The notes under the pieces: model-generated
What the model saw: only the letters and a program-made list of their open reading frames with translations
Told to the model about the DNA's origin: nothing
Databases searched by the model: none
DNA from: Eledone cirrhosa
Lineage: Eukaryota
Assembly: GCA_964016885.1 (NCBI GenBank)
Contig: OZ024746.1
Location: 64,852,001-64,916,000 of the forward strand
Direction: 5' to 3'
DNA length: 64,000 nt
Translations under genes and position numbers: made by a program
In this document: positions 42,501 to 64,000 of the stretch, one piece after another
How positions within the stretch are numbered: the first letter of the stretch is position 1
Layout of the letters: the number at the start of each line of letters is the position of its first letter

Positions 42501-45500
42501 TGCCCTTCCTATCAACAACCACTTGCCCTTCCTATCAGCAACCACTTGCCTTTTCTATCAGCAACCACTTGCCCTTCCTATCAGCAACCACTTGCCCTTC
42601 TATCAGCAACCACTTGCCCTTTCTATCAGCCACCACTTGCCCTTTTCTATCAGCAACCACTTGCCCTTCCTATCACCAACCACTTGCCCTTCCTATCACC
42701 AACCACTTGCCCTTCCTATCACGCAACCACTTGCCCTTCCTATCAGCAACCACTTGCCCTTTCTATCAGCAACCACTTGCCTTTCTATCACCAACCACTT
42801 GCCCTTCCTATCACAACCACTTGCCCTTTCTATCAGCAACCACTTGCCCTTCCTATCAGCAACCACTTGCCCTTCTTATCAGCAACCACTTGCCCTTTCT
42901 ATCAGCAACCACTTGCCCTTCCTATCAGCAACCACTTGCCTTTTCTATCAGCAACCACTTGCCCTTCCTATCACCAACCACTTGCCTTTTCTATCAGCAA
43001 CCACTTGCCCTTCCTGTCAGCAACCACTTGCCCTTCCTATCAGCAACCACTTGCCCTTCCTATCACCAACCACTTGCCTTTTCTATCACCAACCACTTGC
43101 CCTTCCTATCACCAACCACTTGCCCTTCCTATCACCAACCACTTGCCTTTTCTATCACCAACCACTTGCCTTTTCTATCACCAACCACTTGCCCTTTCTA
43201 TCAGCAACCACTTGCCCTTTCTATCAGCAACCACTTGCCCTTCCTATCAGCAACCACTTTCCCTTTCTATCAGCAACCACTTGCCCTTTCTATCAGCAAC
43301 CACTTGCCCTTCCTATCAGCAACCACTTGCCCTTCCTATCACCAACCACTTGCCCTTCCTATCAGCAACCACTTGCCCTTCCTATCAGCAACCACTTGCC
43401 CTTTCTATCAGCAACCACTTGCCTTTTCTATCACCAACCACTTGCCCTTCCTATCACCAACCACTTGCCCTTTCTATCAGCAACCACTTGCCCTTCCTAT
43501 CAGCAACCACTTGCCCTTCTTATCAGCAACCACTTGCCCTTTCTATCAGCAACCACTTGCCCTTTCTATCAGCAACCACTTGCCCTTCCTATCAGCAACC
43601 ACTTGCCTTTTCTATCAGCAACCACTTGCCCTTCCTATCACCAACCACTTGCCTTTTCTATCAGCAACCACTTGCCCTTCCTATCAGCAACCACTTGCCC
43701 TTCTTATCACCAACCACTTGCCTTTTCTATCACCAACCACTTGCCCTTCCTATCAGCAACCACTTGCCCTTCCTATCAGCAACCACTTGCCCTTCCTATC
43801 AGCAACCACTTGCCCTTTCTATCAGCAACCACTTGCCCTTCCTATCAGCAACCACTTGCCCTTCCTATCAACAACCACTTGCCCTTCCTATCACCAACCA
43901 CTTGCCCTTCCTATCAGCAACCACTTGCCCTTTCTATCAGCAACCACTTGCCTTTTCTATCACCAACCACTTGCCCTTCCTATCACCAACCACTTGCCCT
44001 TTCTATCAGCAACCACTTGCCCTTTCTATCAGCAACCACTTGCCCTTCCTATCAGCAACCACTTGCCCTTCCTATCACCAACCACTTGCCCTTCCTATCA
44101 CCAACCACTTGCCCTTCCTATCAGCAACCACTTGCCCTTTCTATCAGCAACCACTTGCCTTTTCTATCACCAACCACTTGCCCTTCCTATCACCAACCAC
44201 TTGCCCTTTCTATCAGCAACAACTTGCCCTTCCTATCAGCAACCACTTGCCCTTCTTATCAGCAACCACTTGCCCTTTCTATCAGCAACCACTTGCCCTT
44301 TCTATCAGCAACCACTTGCCCTTCCTATCAGCAACCACTTGCCTTTTCTATCAGCAACCACTTGCCCTTCCTATCACCAACCACTTGCCTTTTCTATCAG
44401 CAACCACTTGCCCTTCCTATCAGCAACCACTTGCCCTTCCTATCAGCAACCACTTGCCCTTCCTATCACCAACCACTTGCCTTTTCTATCACCAACCACT
44501 TGCCTTTTCTATCACCAACCACTTGCCTTTTCTATCAGCAACCACTTGCCCTTCCTATCAGCAACCACTTTCCCTTTCTATCAGCAACCACTTGACCTTT
44601 CTGTCACCAACCACTTGCCCTTCCTATCAGCAACCACTTGCCCTTCCTATCACCAACCACTTGCCCTTTCTATCAGCAACCACTTTCCCTTCCTATCAGC
44701 AACCACTTGCCCTTTCTATCAGCAACCACTTGCCTTTTCTATCACCAACCACTTGCCCTTCCTATCACCAACCACTTGCCCTTTCTATCAGCAACCACTT
44801 GCCCTTCCTATCAGCAACCACTTGCCCTTCTTATCAGCAACCACTTGCCCTTTCTATCAGCAACCACTTGCCCTTCCTATCAGCAACCACTTGCCTTTTC
44901 TATCAGCAACCACTTGCCCTTCCTATCACCAACCACTTGCCTTTTCTATCAGCAACCACTTGCCCTTCCTATCAGCAACCACTTGCCCTTCTTATCACCA
45001 ACCACTTGCCTTTTCTATCACCAACCACTTGCCCTTTCTATCAGCAACCACTTGCCTTTTCTATCACCAACCACTTGCCCTTCCTATCACCAACCACTTG
45101 CCCTTTCTATCAGCAACCACTTGCCCTTCCTATCAGCAACCACTTGCCCTTCCTATCAACAACCACTTGCCCTTCCTATCAGCAACCACTTGCCTTTTCT
45201 ATCAGCAACCACTTGCCCTTCCTATCAGCAACCACTTGCCCTTCCTATCAGCAACCACTTGCCCTTCCTATCAGAAACCACTTGCCCTTCCTATCAGAAA
45301 CCACTTGCCCTTCCTATCAGAAACCACTTGCCCTTCCTATCACCAACCACATGCCCTTCCTATCAGCCACCACTTGCCCTTCCTATCAGCAACCACTTGC
45401 CCTTTCTATCAGCAACCACTTGCCCTTTCTATCAGCAACCACTTGCCTTTTCTATCACCAACCACTTGCCCTTCCTATCAGCAACCACTTGCCCTTCCTA

Positions 45501-48500
45501 TCAGCAACCACTTGCCCTTCCTATCAGCAACCACTTGCCTTTTCTATCACCAACCACTTGCCCTTCCTATCAGCAACCACTTGGCCTTTCTATCAGCAAT
45601 CACTTGGCTTTTCTATCACCAACCACTTGCCCTTCCTATCAGCAACCACTTGCCCTTCCTATCAGCAACCACTTGCCCTTCCTATCAGCAACCACTTGCC
45701 CTTCCTATCAGCAACCACTTGCCTTTTCTATCAGCAACCACTTGCCCTTCCTATCAGCAACCACTTGCCCTTTCTATCAGCAACCACTTGCCCTTCCTAT
45801 CAGCAACCACTTGCCCTTTCTATCACCATCCACTTGCCCTTCCTATCAGCAACCACTTGCCCTTCCTATCAGCAACAACTTGCCCTTCCTATCAGCAACC
45901 ACTTGCCCTTTCTATCACCAACCACTTGCCCTTCCTATCAGCAACCACTTGCCCTTTCTATCAGCAACCACTTGCCTTTTCTATCAGCAACCACTTGCCC
46001 TTTCTATCAGCAACCACTTGCCCTTCCTATCACCAACCACTTGCCCTTTCTATCAGCAACCACTTGCCCTTCCTATCAGCAACCACTTGCCCTTCCTATC
46101 ACCAACCACTTGCCCTTCCTATCAGCAACCACTTGCCCTTTCTATCAGCAACCACTTGCCCTTTCTATCAGCAACCACTTGCCCTTTCTATCAGCAACCA
46201 CTTGCCCTTCCTATCACCAACCACTTGCCCTTCCTATCACCAACCACTTGCCCTTCCTATCACCAACCACTTGCCCTTCCTATCAGCAACCACTTGCCCT
46301 TTCTATCAGCAACCACTTGCCTTTTCTATCACCAACCACTTGCCCTTCCTATCACCAACCACTTGCCCTTTCTATCAGCAACCACTTGCCCTTCCTATCA
46401 GCAACCACTTGCCCTTCTTATCAGCAACCACTTGCCCTTTCTATCAGCAACCACTTGCCCTTCCTATCAGCAACCACTTGCCCTTTCTATCAGCAACCAC
46501 TTGCCCTTCCTATCAGCAACCACTTGCCTTTTCTATCAGCAACCACTTGCCCTTCCTATCACCAACCACTTGCCTTTTCTATCAGCAACCACTTGCCCTT
46601 CCTGTCAGCAACCACTTGCCCTTCCTATCAGCAACCACTTGCCCTTCCTATCACCAACCACTTGCCTTTTCTATCACCAACCACTTGCCCTTCCTATCAC
46701 CAACCACTTGCCCTTCCTATCACCAACCACTTGCCTTTTCTATCACCAACCACTTGCCTTTTCTATCACCAACCACTTGCCCTTTCTATCAGCAACCACT
46801 TGCCCTTTCTATCAGCAACCACTTGCCCTTCCTATCAGCAACCACTTTCCCTTTCTATCAGCAACCACTTGCCCTTTCTATCAGCAACCACTTGCCCTTC
46901 CTATCAGCAACCACTTGCCCTTCCTATCACCAACCACTTGCCCTTCCTATCAGCAACCACTTGCCCTTCCTATCAGCAACCACTTGCCCTTTCTATCAGC
47001 AACCACTTGCCTTTTCTATCACCAACCACTTGCCCTTCCTATCACCAACCACTTGCCCTTTCTATCAGCAACCACTTGCCCTTCCTATCAGCAACCACTT
47101 GCCCTTCTTATCAGCAACCACTTGCCCTTTCTATCAGCAACCACTTGCCCTTTCTATCAGCAACCACTTGCCCTTCCTATCAGCAACCACTTGCCTTTTC
47201 TATCAGCAACCACTTGCCCTTCCTATCACCAACCACTTGCCTTTTCTATCAGCAACCACTTGCCCTTCCTATCAGCAACCACTTGCCCTTCTTATCACCA
47301 ACCACTTGCCTTTTCTATCACCAACCACTTGCCCTTCCTATCAGCAACCACTTGCCCTTCCTATCAGCAACCACTTGCCCTTCCTATCAGCAACCACTTG
47401 CCCTTTCTATCAGCAACCACTTGCCCTTTCTATCAGCAACCACTTGCCTTTTCTATCACCAACCACTTGCCCTTTCTATCAGCAACCACTTGCCCTTCCT
47501 ATCAGCAACCACTTGCCCTTCCTATCAACAACCACTTGCCCTTCCTATCAGCAACCACTTGCCTTTTCTATCAGCAACCACTTGCCCTTCCTATCAGCAA
47601 CCACTTGCCCTTCCTATCAGCAACCACTTGCCCTTCCTATCAGCAACCACTTGCCCTTCCTATCAGCAACCACTTGCCTTTTCTATCAGCAACCACTTGC
47701 CCTTCCTATCAGCAACCACTTGCCCTTCCTATCAGCAACCACTTGCCCTTCCTATCAGCAACCACTTGCCCTTTCTATCAGCAACCACTTGCCCTTTCTA
47801 TCAGCAACCACTTGCCCTTCCTATCAGCAACCACTTGCCTTTTCTATCAGCAACCACTTGCCCTTCCTATCAGCAACCACTTGCCCTTTCTATCAGCAAC
47901 CACTTGCCCTTTCTATCAGCAACCACTTGCCCTTCCTATCAGCAACCACTTGCCCTTCCTATCAGCAACCACTTGCCCTTTCTATCAGCAACCACTTGCC
48001 CTTTCTATCAGCAACCACTTGCCCTTCCTATCAGCAACCACTTGCCCTTCCTATCACCAACCACTTGCCCTTTCTATCAGCAACCACTTGCCCTTTCTAT
48101 CACCAACCACTTGCCCTTTCTATCAGCAACCACTTGCCCTTTCTATCAGCAACCACTTGCCTTTTCTATCAGCAACCACTTGCCCTTCCTATCAGCAACC
48201 ACTTGCCTTTTCTATCAGCAACCACTTGCCCTTCCTATCACCAACCACTTGCCTTTTCTATCAGCAACAACTTGCCCTTCCTATCAGCAACCTCTTGCCC
48301 TTCCTATCAGCAACCACTTGCCCTTCCTATCACCAACCACTTGCCTTTTCTATCACCAACCACTTGCCCTTTCTATCAGCAACCACTTGCCCTTCCTATC
48401 AGCAACCACTTGCCTTTTCTATCAGCAACCACTTGCCCTTCCTATCAGCAACCACTTGCCCTTTCTATCAGCAACCTCTTGCCCTTCCTATCAGCAACCA

Positions 48501-48985
48501 CTTGCCTTTTCTATCAGCAACCACTTGCCCTTTCTATCAGAAACCACTTGCCCTTCCTATCACCAACCACTTGCCTTTTCTATCAGCAACCACTTGCCCT
48601 TCCTATCAGCAACCACTTGCCCTTCCTATCACCAACCACTTGCCCTTCCTATCAGCAACCACTTGCCCTTCCTATCAGCAACCACTTGCCCTTTCTATCA
48701 GCAACCACTTGCCTTTTCTATCACCAACCACTTGCCCTTCCTATCACCATCCACTTGCCCTTTCTATCAGCAACCACTTGCCTTTTCTATCACCAACCAC
48801 TTGCCCTTCCTATCACCAACCACTTGCCCTTTCTATCAGCAACCACTTGCCCTTCCTATCAGCAACCACTTGCCCTTCCTATCAGCAACCACTTGCCCTT
48901 CCTATCAGCAACCACTTGCCTTTTCTATCAGCAACCACTTGCCCTTTCTATCAGAAACCACTTGCCCTTCCTATCACCAACCACT
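24597..48985. repeat. 23-bp satellite array, consensus CCACTTGCCCTTCCTATCAGCAA, ~1060 monomers; ends at an assembly gap
   Basis: Direct periodicity. The 69-nt (3-monomer) phase gives the 23-aa NHLPFLSATTCPSYQQPLALPIS pseudo-ORF in all + frames. Confidence 0.98.
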
Positions 48986-49185
48986 NNNNNNNNNNNNNNN
49001 NNNNNNNNNNNNNNNNNNNNNNNNNNNNNNNNNNNNNNNNNNNNNNNNNNNNNNNNNNNNNNNNNNNNNNNNNNNNNNNNNNNNNNNNNNNNNNNNNNNN
49101 NNNNNNNNNNNNNNNNNNNNNNNNNNNNNNNNNNNNNNNNNNNNNNNNNNNNNNNNNNNNNNNNNNNNNNNNNNNNNNNNNNNNN
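48986..49185. other. Assembly gap (200 N)
   Basis: Run of N. Confidence 1.
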
Positions 49186-55904
<6,719 letters not shown>

Positions 55905-55980
55905 TAATATAAAAGACTTAAAATAAGAACATTTAAAAAAAAAAATTTTTTTTAAATTAACTTACCTACTTAAATTTTCA

Positions 55981-56060
55981 CTCCAACTAATTAGTTTCTG
56001 CAATGGGATAGAGACAGTTACGTAATGACCTGTTGAGAATTTCATTGCGTCATCAGGGAG
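55981..56060 (-). ncRNA. Type I hammerhead ribozyme motif (copy A)
   Basis: Reverse complement reads CUCC-CUGAUGA-C-GCAAUG...CAUUGC-A-GAAA-CUAAUUAG-UU-GGAG. Confidence 0.7.
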
Positions 56061-56854
56061 ATCATTCTCAGCCAAGTCTCCAGGCAATGCGCGGACACTG
56101 GGGACTCATATAAAAATAATAATAATTCGGTAAATGTAACAGCTATCGAGGACTGGATTCCAGGTACTAGAATTCTCACTGCCACTGATCATATGGCCGA
56201 TTCTAAAGAATCAATCACGTGACACAGAGGCTAGTCAGTAGGAATGGGATGGTAAGATGACAGACGCCTACTAACACCCCCAAAAAATGTTGAAGTGGTT
56301 TTGGCAGGTTTGCTCGACAAATCAGTGATTTGGAGATAAATATAGATAATTTAATATATCTACTAACATAAGCGCAAAGATGTACGCCAATGCCAGTAAA
56401 TACACAGGTTATGTCATAGTACCTAGGTGGTTCTTCTTTTCTTATTCTTCTTTTCTAAATAAGAAAGAAGAATAAGAAAAGAAGAACCACCTAGGTACTA
56501 TGACATAACCTGTGTATTTACTGGCATTGGCGTACATCTTGCGCTTATGTTAGTAGATATATTAAATTATCTATATTTATCTCCAAATCACTGATTTGTC
56601 GAGCAAACCTGCCAAAACCACTTCAACATTTTTTGGGGTGTTAGTAGGCGTCTGTCATATTACCATCCCATTCCTACTGACTAGCCTCTGTGTCACGTGA
56701 TTGAATCTTTAGAATCGGCCATATGATCAGTGGCAGTGAGAATTCTAGTACCTGGAATCCAGTCCTCGATAGCTGTTCCATTTACCGAATTATTATTATT
56801 TTTATATGAGTCCCCAGTGTCCGTGCTTTGCCTGGAGACTTGGCTGAGAATGAT

Positions 56855-56934
56855 CTCCCTGATGACGCAATGAAATTCTCAACAGTTCATTACGTAACTG
56901 TCTCTATCCCATTGCAGAAACTAATTAGTTGGAG
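56855..56934 (+). ncRNA. Type I hammerhead ribozyme motif (copy B)
   Basis: Stem I CUCC/GGAG; core CUGAUGA at 56859; stem II GCAAUG/CAUUGC with inner hairpin ACAGUU/AACUGU; GAAA at 56917; palindromic stem III ACUAAUUAGU; GUU cleavage triplet. Confidence 0.72.
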
Positions 56935-57124
56935 TGAAAATTTAAGTAGGTAAGTTAATTTAAAAAAAAAATTTTTTTTTAAAATTTTCTTATTTTACGT
57001 CTTTTATATTATTGTTCTGCATCCTCCTGCATTGTACCACCTAGGTACTATGACAAAACCTGTGTATTTGCTGGCATTGGCGTACATCTGTGCGCTTATG
57101 TTAGCAGATATATTAAATTATCTC

Positions 57125-59490
<2,366 letters not shown>

Positions 59491-59570
59491 TAATATAAAA
59501 GACTTAAAATAAGAACATTCTAAAAAAAAAAAATTCTTTTTTAAATTAACCTTACCTACTTAAATTTTCA

Positions 59571-59650
59571 CTCCAACTAATTAGTTTCTACAATGGGATA
59601 GAGACAGTTACGTAATGACCTGTTGAGAATTTCATTGCGTCATCAGGGAG
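59571..59650 (-). ncRNA. Type I hammerhead ribozyme motif (copy C)
   Basis: As copy A, but the stem II closing pair is G-U (CAUUGU). Confidence 0.65.
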
Positions 59651-60462
59651 ATCATTCTCAGCCAAGTCTCCAGGCAATGCGCGGACACTGGGGACTCATA
59701 TAAAAATAATAATAATTTGGTAAATGTAACAGCTATCGAGGACTGGATTCCAGGTACTAGAATTCTCACTGCCACTGATCATATGGCCGATTCTAAAGAA
59801 TCAATCACGTGACACAGAGGCTAGTCAGTAGGAATGGGATGGTAAGATGACAGACGCCTACTAACACCCCCAAAAAATGTTGAAGTGGTTTTGGCAGGTT
59901 TGCTCGCCAAATCAGTGATTTGGAGATAAATATAGATAATTTAATATATCTACTAACATAAGCGCAAAGATGTACGCCAATGCCAGTAAATACACAGGTT
60001 ATGTCATAGTACCTAGGTGGTTCTTCTTTTCTTATTCTTCTTTTCTTATTTTACGTCTTTTATATTATTGTTCTGCATCCTCCTGCATTGAACCACCTAG
60101 GTACTATGACATAACCTGTGTATTTGCTGGCATTGGCGTACATCTGTGCGCTTATGTTAGTAGATATATTAAATTATCTATATTTATCTCCAAATCACTG
60201 ATTTGTCGAGCAAACCTGCCAAAACCACTTCTAAATTTTGTTGGGGTGATAGTAGGCGTCTGTCATATTACCATCCCATTCCTACTGACTAGCCTCTGTG
60301 TCACGTGAGTTAATCTTTAGAATCGGCCATATGATCAGTGGCAGTGAGAATTCTAGTACCTGGAATCCAGTCCTCGATAGCTGTTCCATTTACCGAATTA
60401 TTATTATTTTTATATGAGTCCCCAGTGTCCGTGCATTGCCTGGAGACTTGGCTGAGAATGGT

Positions 60463-60542
60463 CTCCCTGATGACGCAATGAAATTCTCAACAGTTCATTA
60501 CGTAACTGTCTAAATCCCATTGCAGAAACTAATTAGTTGGAG
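60463..60542 (+). ncRNA. Type I hammerhead ribozyme motif (copy D)
   Basis: ctcc-ctgatga-c-gcaatg...cattgc-a-gaaa-ctaattag-tt-ggag. Confidence 0.72.
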
Positions 60543-60732
60543 TGAAAATTTAAGTAGGTAAGTTAATTTTAAAAAAAAATTTTTTTTTTAAATTTTCTTA
60601 TTTTACGTCTTTTATATTATTGTTCTGCATCCTCCTGCATTGTACCACCTAGGTACTATGACATAACCTGTGTATTTGCTGGCATTGGCGTACATCTGTG
60701 CGCTTATGTTAGCAGATATATTAAATTATCTC

Positions 60733-62723
<1,991 letters not shown>

Positions 62724-62880
62724 ATTGTTATACTTTGGGAGGGTCATGTTGCCAATAAGAAACACACGCACCAGTTGCTTTCACTTCAATTTAATTTAAT
62801 ATATATTTATAAATTTACAAATTTATAAATTTCTGGTTGGTTGGCTGGTTCCACAACCAGATAGTTGTTTATATATATAT

Positions 62881-62925
62881 AGTCATAGTTCTTTCGTCAC
62901 ACACTCTGTGACCTCTTCAGTGACT
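62881..62925 (-). ncRNA. Minimal type I hammerhead ribozyme in the PLE 3' region
   Basis: Minus strand: AGUCA-CUGAAGA-G-GUCACA(GAGUG)UGUGAC-GAAA-GAAC-UA-UGACU. Stem I AGUCA/UGACU, 6-bp stem II, minimal stem III. Confidence 0.8.
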
Positions 62926-63109
62926 GGGGATTTCTTTCTTCGTTTCTGTGCCTTTCCTTTCTTCTATCCTACGCCATTTTGTTTGTGTGTGGGTTGCGTG
63001 CTCAGTTTGCGCATACGCCACATCCGGGTGTCTGTGTGTGTTTGTGTTCATTTTTCTATTTTTCTATTTATATTTGTTTGTTTATTTATTTATTTTTTGT
63101 TGGTTGGTT

Positions 63110-63235
63110 GTTTGTTCTATGTGTGTGTGTGTTTTCATTTTGTCTTGTGTGTGTTTTCATTTTGTGTGTGTTTTCAATTGTAAGTTGTTTGTTCTATGTG
63201 TGTGTGTGTTTTCATTTTGTCCTTAATTGTAAGTT
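63110..63235. repeat. Short imperfect tandem repeats in the PLE 3' UTR
   Basis: ttgtttgttctatgtgtgtgtgtgttttcattttgtc and aattgtaagttg each occur twice. Confidence 0.75.
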
Positions 63236-64000
63236 GTGATGTTGCTGTTCCACTCATATTTTCTATTTAATTTTGGTTTTAATTCTTTTATGCTTACTGC
63301 CTCTGAAATTTGCCTAAACATTGCGTCTTTCTTGTGTGTGGATTCTATTTTTATTTCTATGCTCTCTAATTTACCCCTGTGTTCTATCTTAGCATGTTGG
63401 TAGAGCACAGATGATTCTTTACTATCTTGGAGGTCTCGCCTGTGTTCATTTATTCGTTCCCCTATACTACGAGCTGTCTCACCTATGTACACTATATTTT
63501 TGTTTCTACATTGTCCTTCAGTACATCTTATGCTATATACTACATTTCTAGTTTTACAGTTAATATGGGGGCTTATTTTACAGGTTATACATTTCTTATC
63601 TATACATGAGGGTCTTTGGAACGGGTATGTCTTGCTAATAAGTGTTTTTACGGAGGTACCAGGTCTTTCTACTATCTTAATATTGAGATTATGTTTCTTT
63701 AGGGCCCTTCTAAATTTGTAGGCTAGTTCGCCTCTAGGGGTTGTATTGATGAACATTACACTCTGGTATTTATTGCTATCATACCATGAGTTTATTCTAT
63801 TGGCCTTGTTCTTAGTTCTTTCTATTCTATTCCAAAATTTGCTCCTATACAATGGGCAGGTCCCATTTATGTCATTATTTACCATTTTTTCCCATTTGGT
63901 TCTGGCTCCTTTATACACTCTGATTCTATCTCTCTGATTGTAGCCAGAGAATTGCATACGGTGGATGAAGTGTTGTATGTGTCTCTCTAGTTCTTCGGGG
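63223..64000 (-). CDS. PLE polyprotein C-terminus: post-RT region, Cys-rich linker and GIY-YIG endonuclease (Neptune-like); 5' partial
   Basis: Frame is open to the window edge (PEELERHIQHFIHR-MQFSGY). Motifs PLYR, MFINTTP, CIDKKCITC, NVVYSIRC, VYIGETARSIGERINEH, RQISEAVSI and LNRKYEW. Confidence 0.9.
   Translation of the reverse strand, partial: PEELERHIQHFIHRMQFSGYNQRDRIRVYKGARTKWEKMVNNDINGTCPLYRSKFWNRIERTKNKANRINSWYDSNKYQSVMFINTTPRGELAYKFRRALKKHNLNIKIVERPGTSVKTLISKTYPFQRPSCIDKKCITCKISPHINCKTRNVVYSIRCTEGQCRNKNIVYIGETARSIGERINEHRRDLQDSKESSVLYQHAKIEHRGKLESIEIKIESTHKKDAMFRQISEAVSIKELKPKLNRKYEWNSNITTYN

Larger units (their letters stand above)
55905..57124. mobile_element. Palindromic cassette 1: inverted ~530-bp unit + full 550-bp unit + ~90-bp tandem tail; non-coding, carries hammerhead motifs
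   Basis: 55905-56455 is the near reverse complement of 56461-57011. accacctaggtactatgac recurs at 56486 and 57036 (period 550). Both ends fuse to (TA)n. Confidence 0.85.
59491..60732. mobile_element. Palindromic cassette 2 (duplicate of cassette 1 with a different centre)
   Basis: Offset ~3.6 kb from cassette 1. Unit start recurs at 60092 and 60644 (period 552). Confidence 0.85.
62724..64000 (-). mobile_element. Penelope-like retroelement, 3' portion (ORF end, UTR/pLTR with hammerhead); continues beyond the window
   Basis: GIY-YIG ORF, downstream hammerhead and a terminus abutting (TA)n that is also seen at 18293. Confidence 0.9.

Noticed and set aside
24597-48985. CRISPR array or information-coding variant array
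   Set aside because: Monomers are contiguous with no spacers and there are no cas genes. Variant patterns are explained by block duplication.
59970-60308. 112-aa ORF across the cassette-2 centre
   Set aside because: Spans the inversion junction, is not preserved in cassette 1 and has no motifs.

Overview
Gene-free, repeat-saturated eukaryotic DNA. The (TA)n/(CAT)n landscape and repeat types resemble octopus or cephalopod genomes, which is my inference. In order: a 21-bp satellite (1-15862); a cluster of RTE-type LINE fragments, including one 5'-truncated copy with an open 406-aa ORF (15.9-24.6 kb); a 24-kb 23-bp satellite (24597-48985); a 200-N gap; ~11 kb of compound (TA)n/TATG microsatellite carrying two palindromic non-coding cassettes; and the 3' end of a Penelope-like retroelement (PLE) with a GIY-YIG endonuclease. 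All giant ORFs in the track are repeat artefacts. Two signals stand out. First, a ~550-bp non-coding unit carries a type I hammerhead ribozyme motif; it occurs in 4 copies arranged as inverted + tandem cassettes inside TA tracts, next to a PLE with its own minimal hammerhead, so it is a candidate non-autonomous PLE/retrozyme system. Second, a 23-bp satellite monomer variant is 21/22 identical to a hairpin core in the local RTE 3' UTR, suggesting the array arose in place from a retroposon copy.
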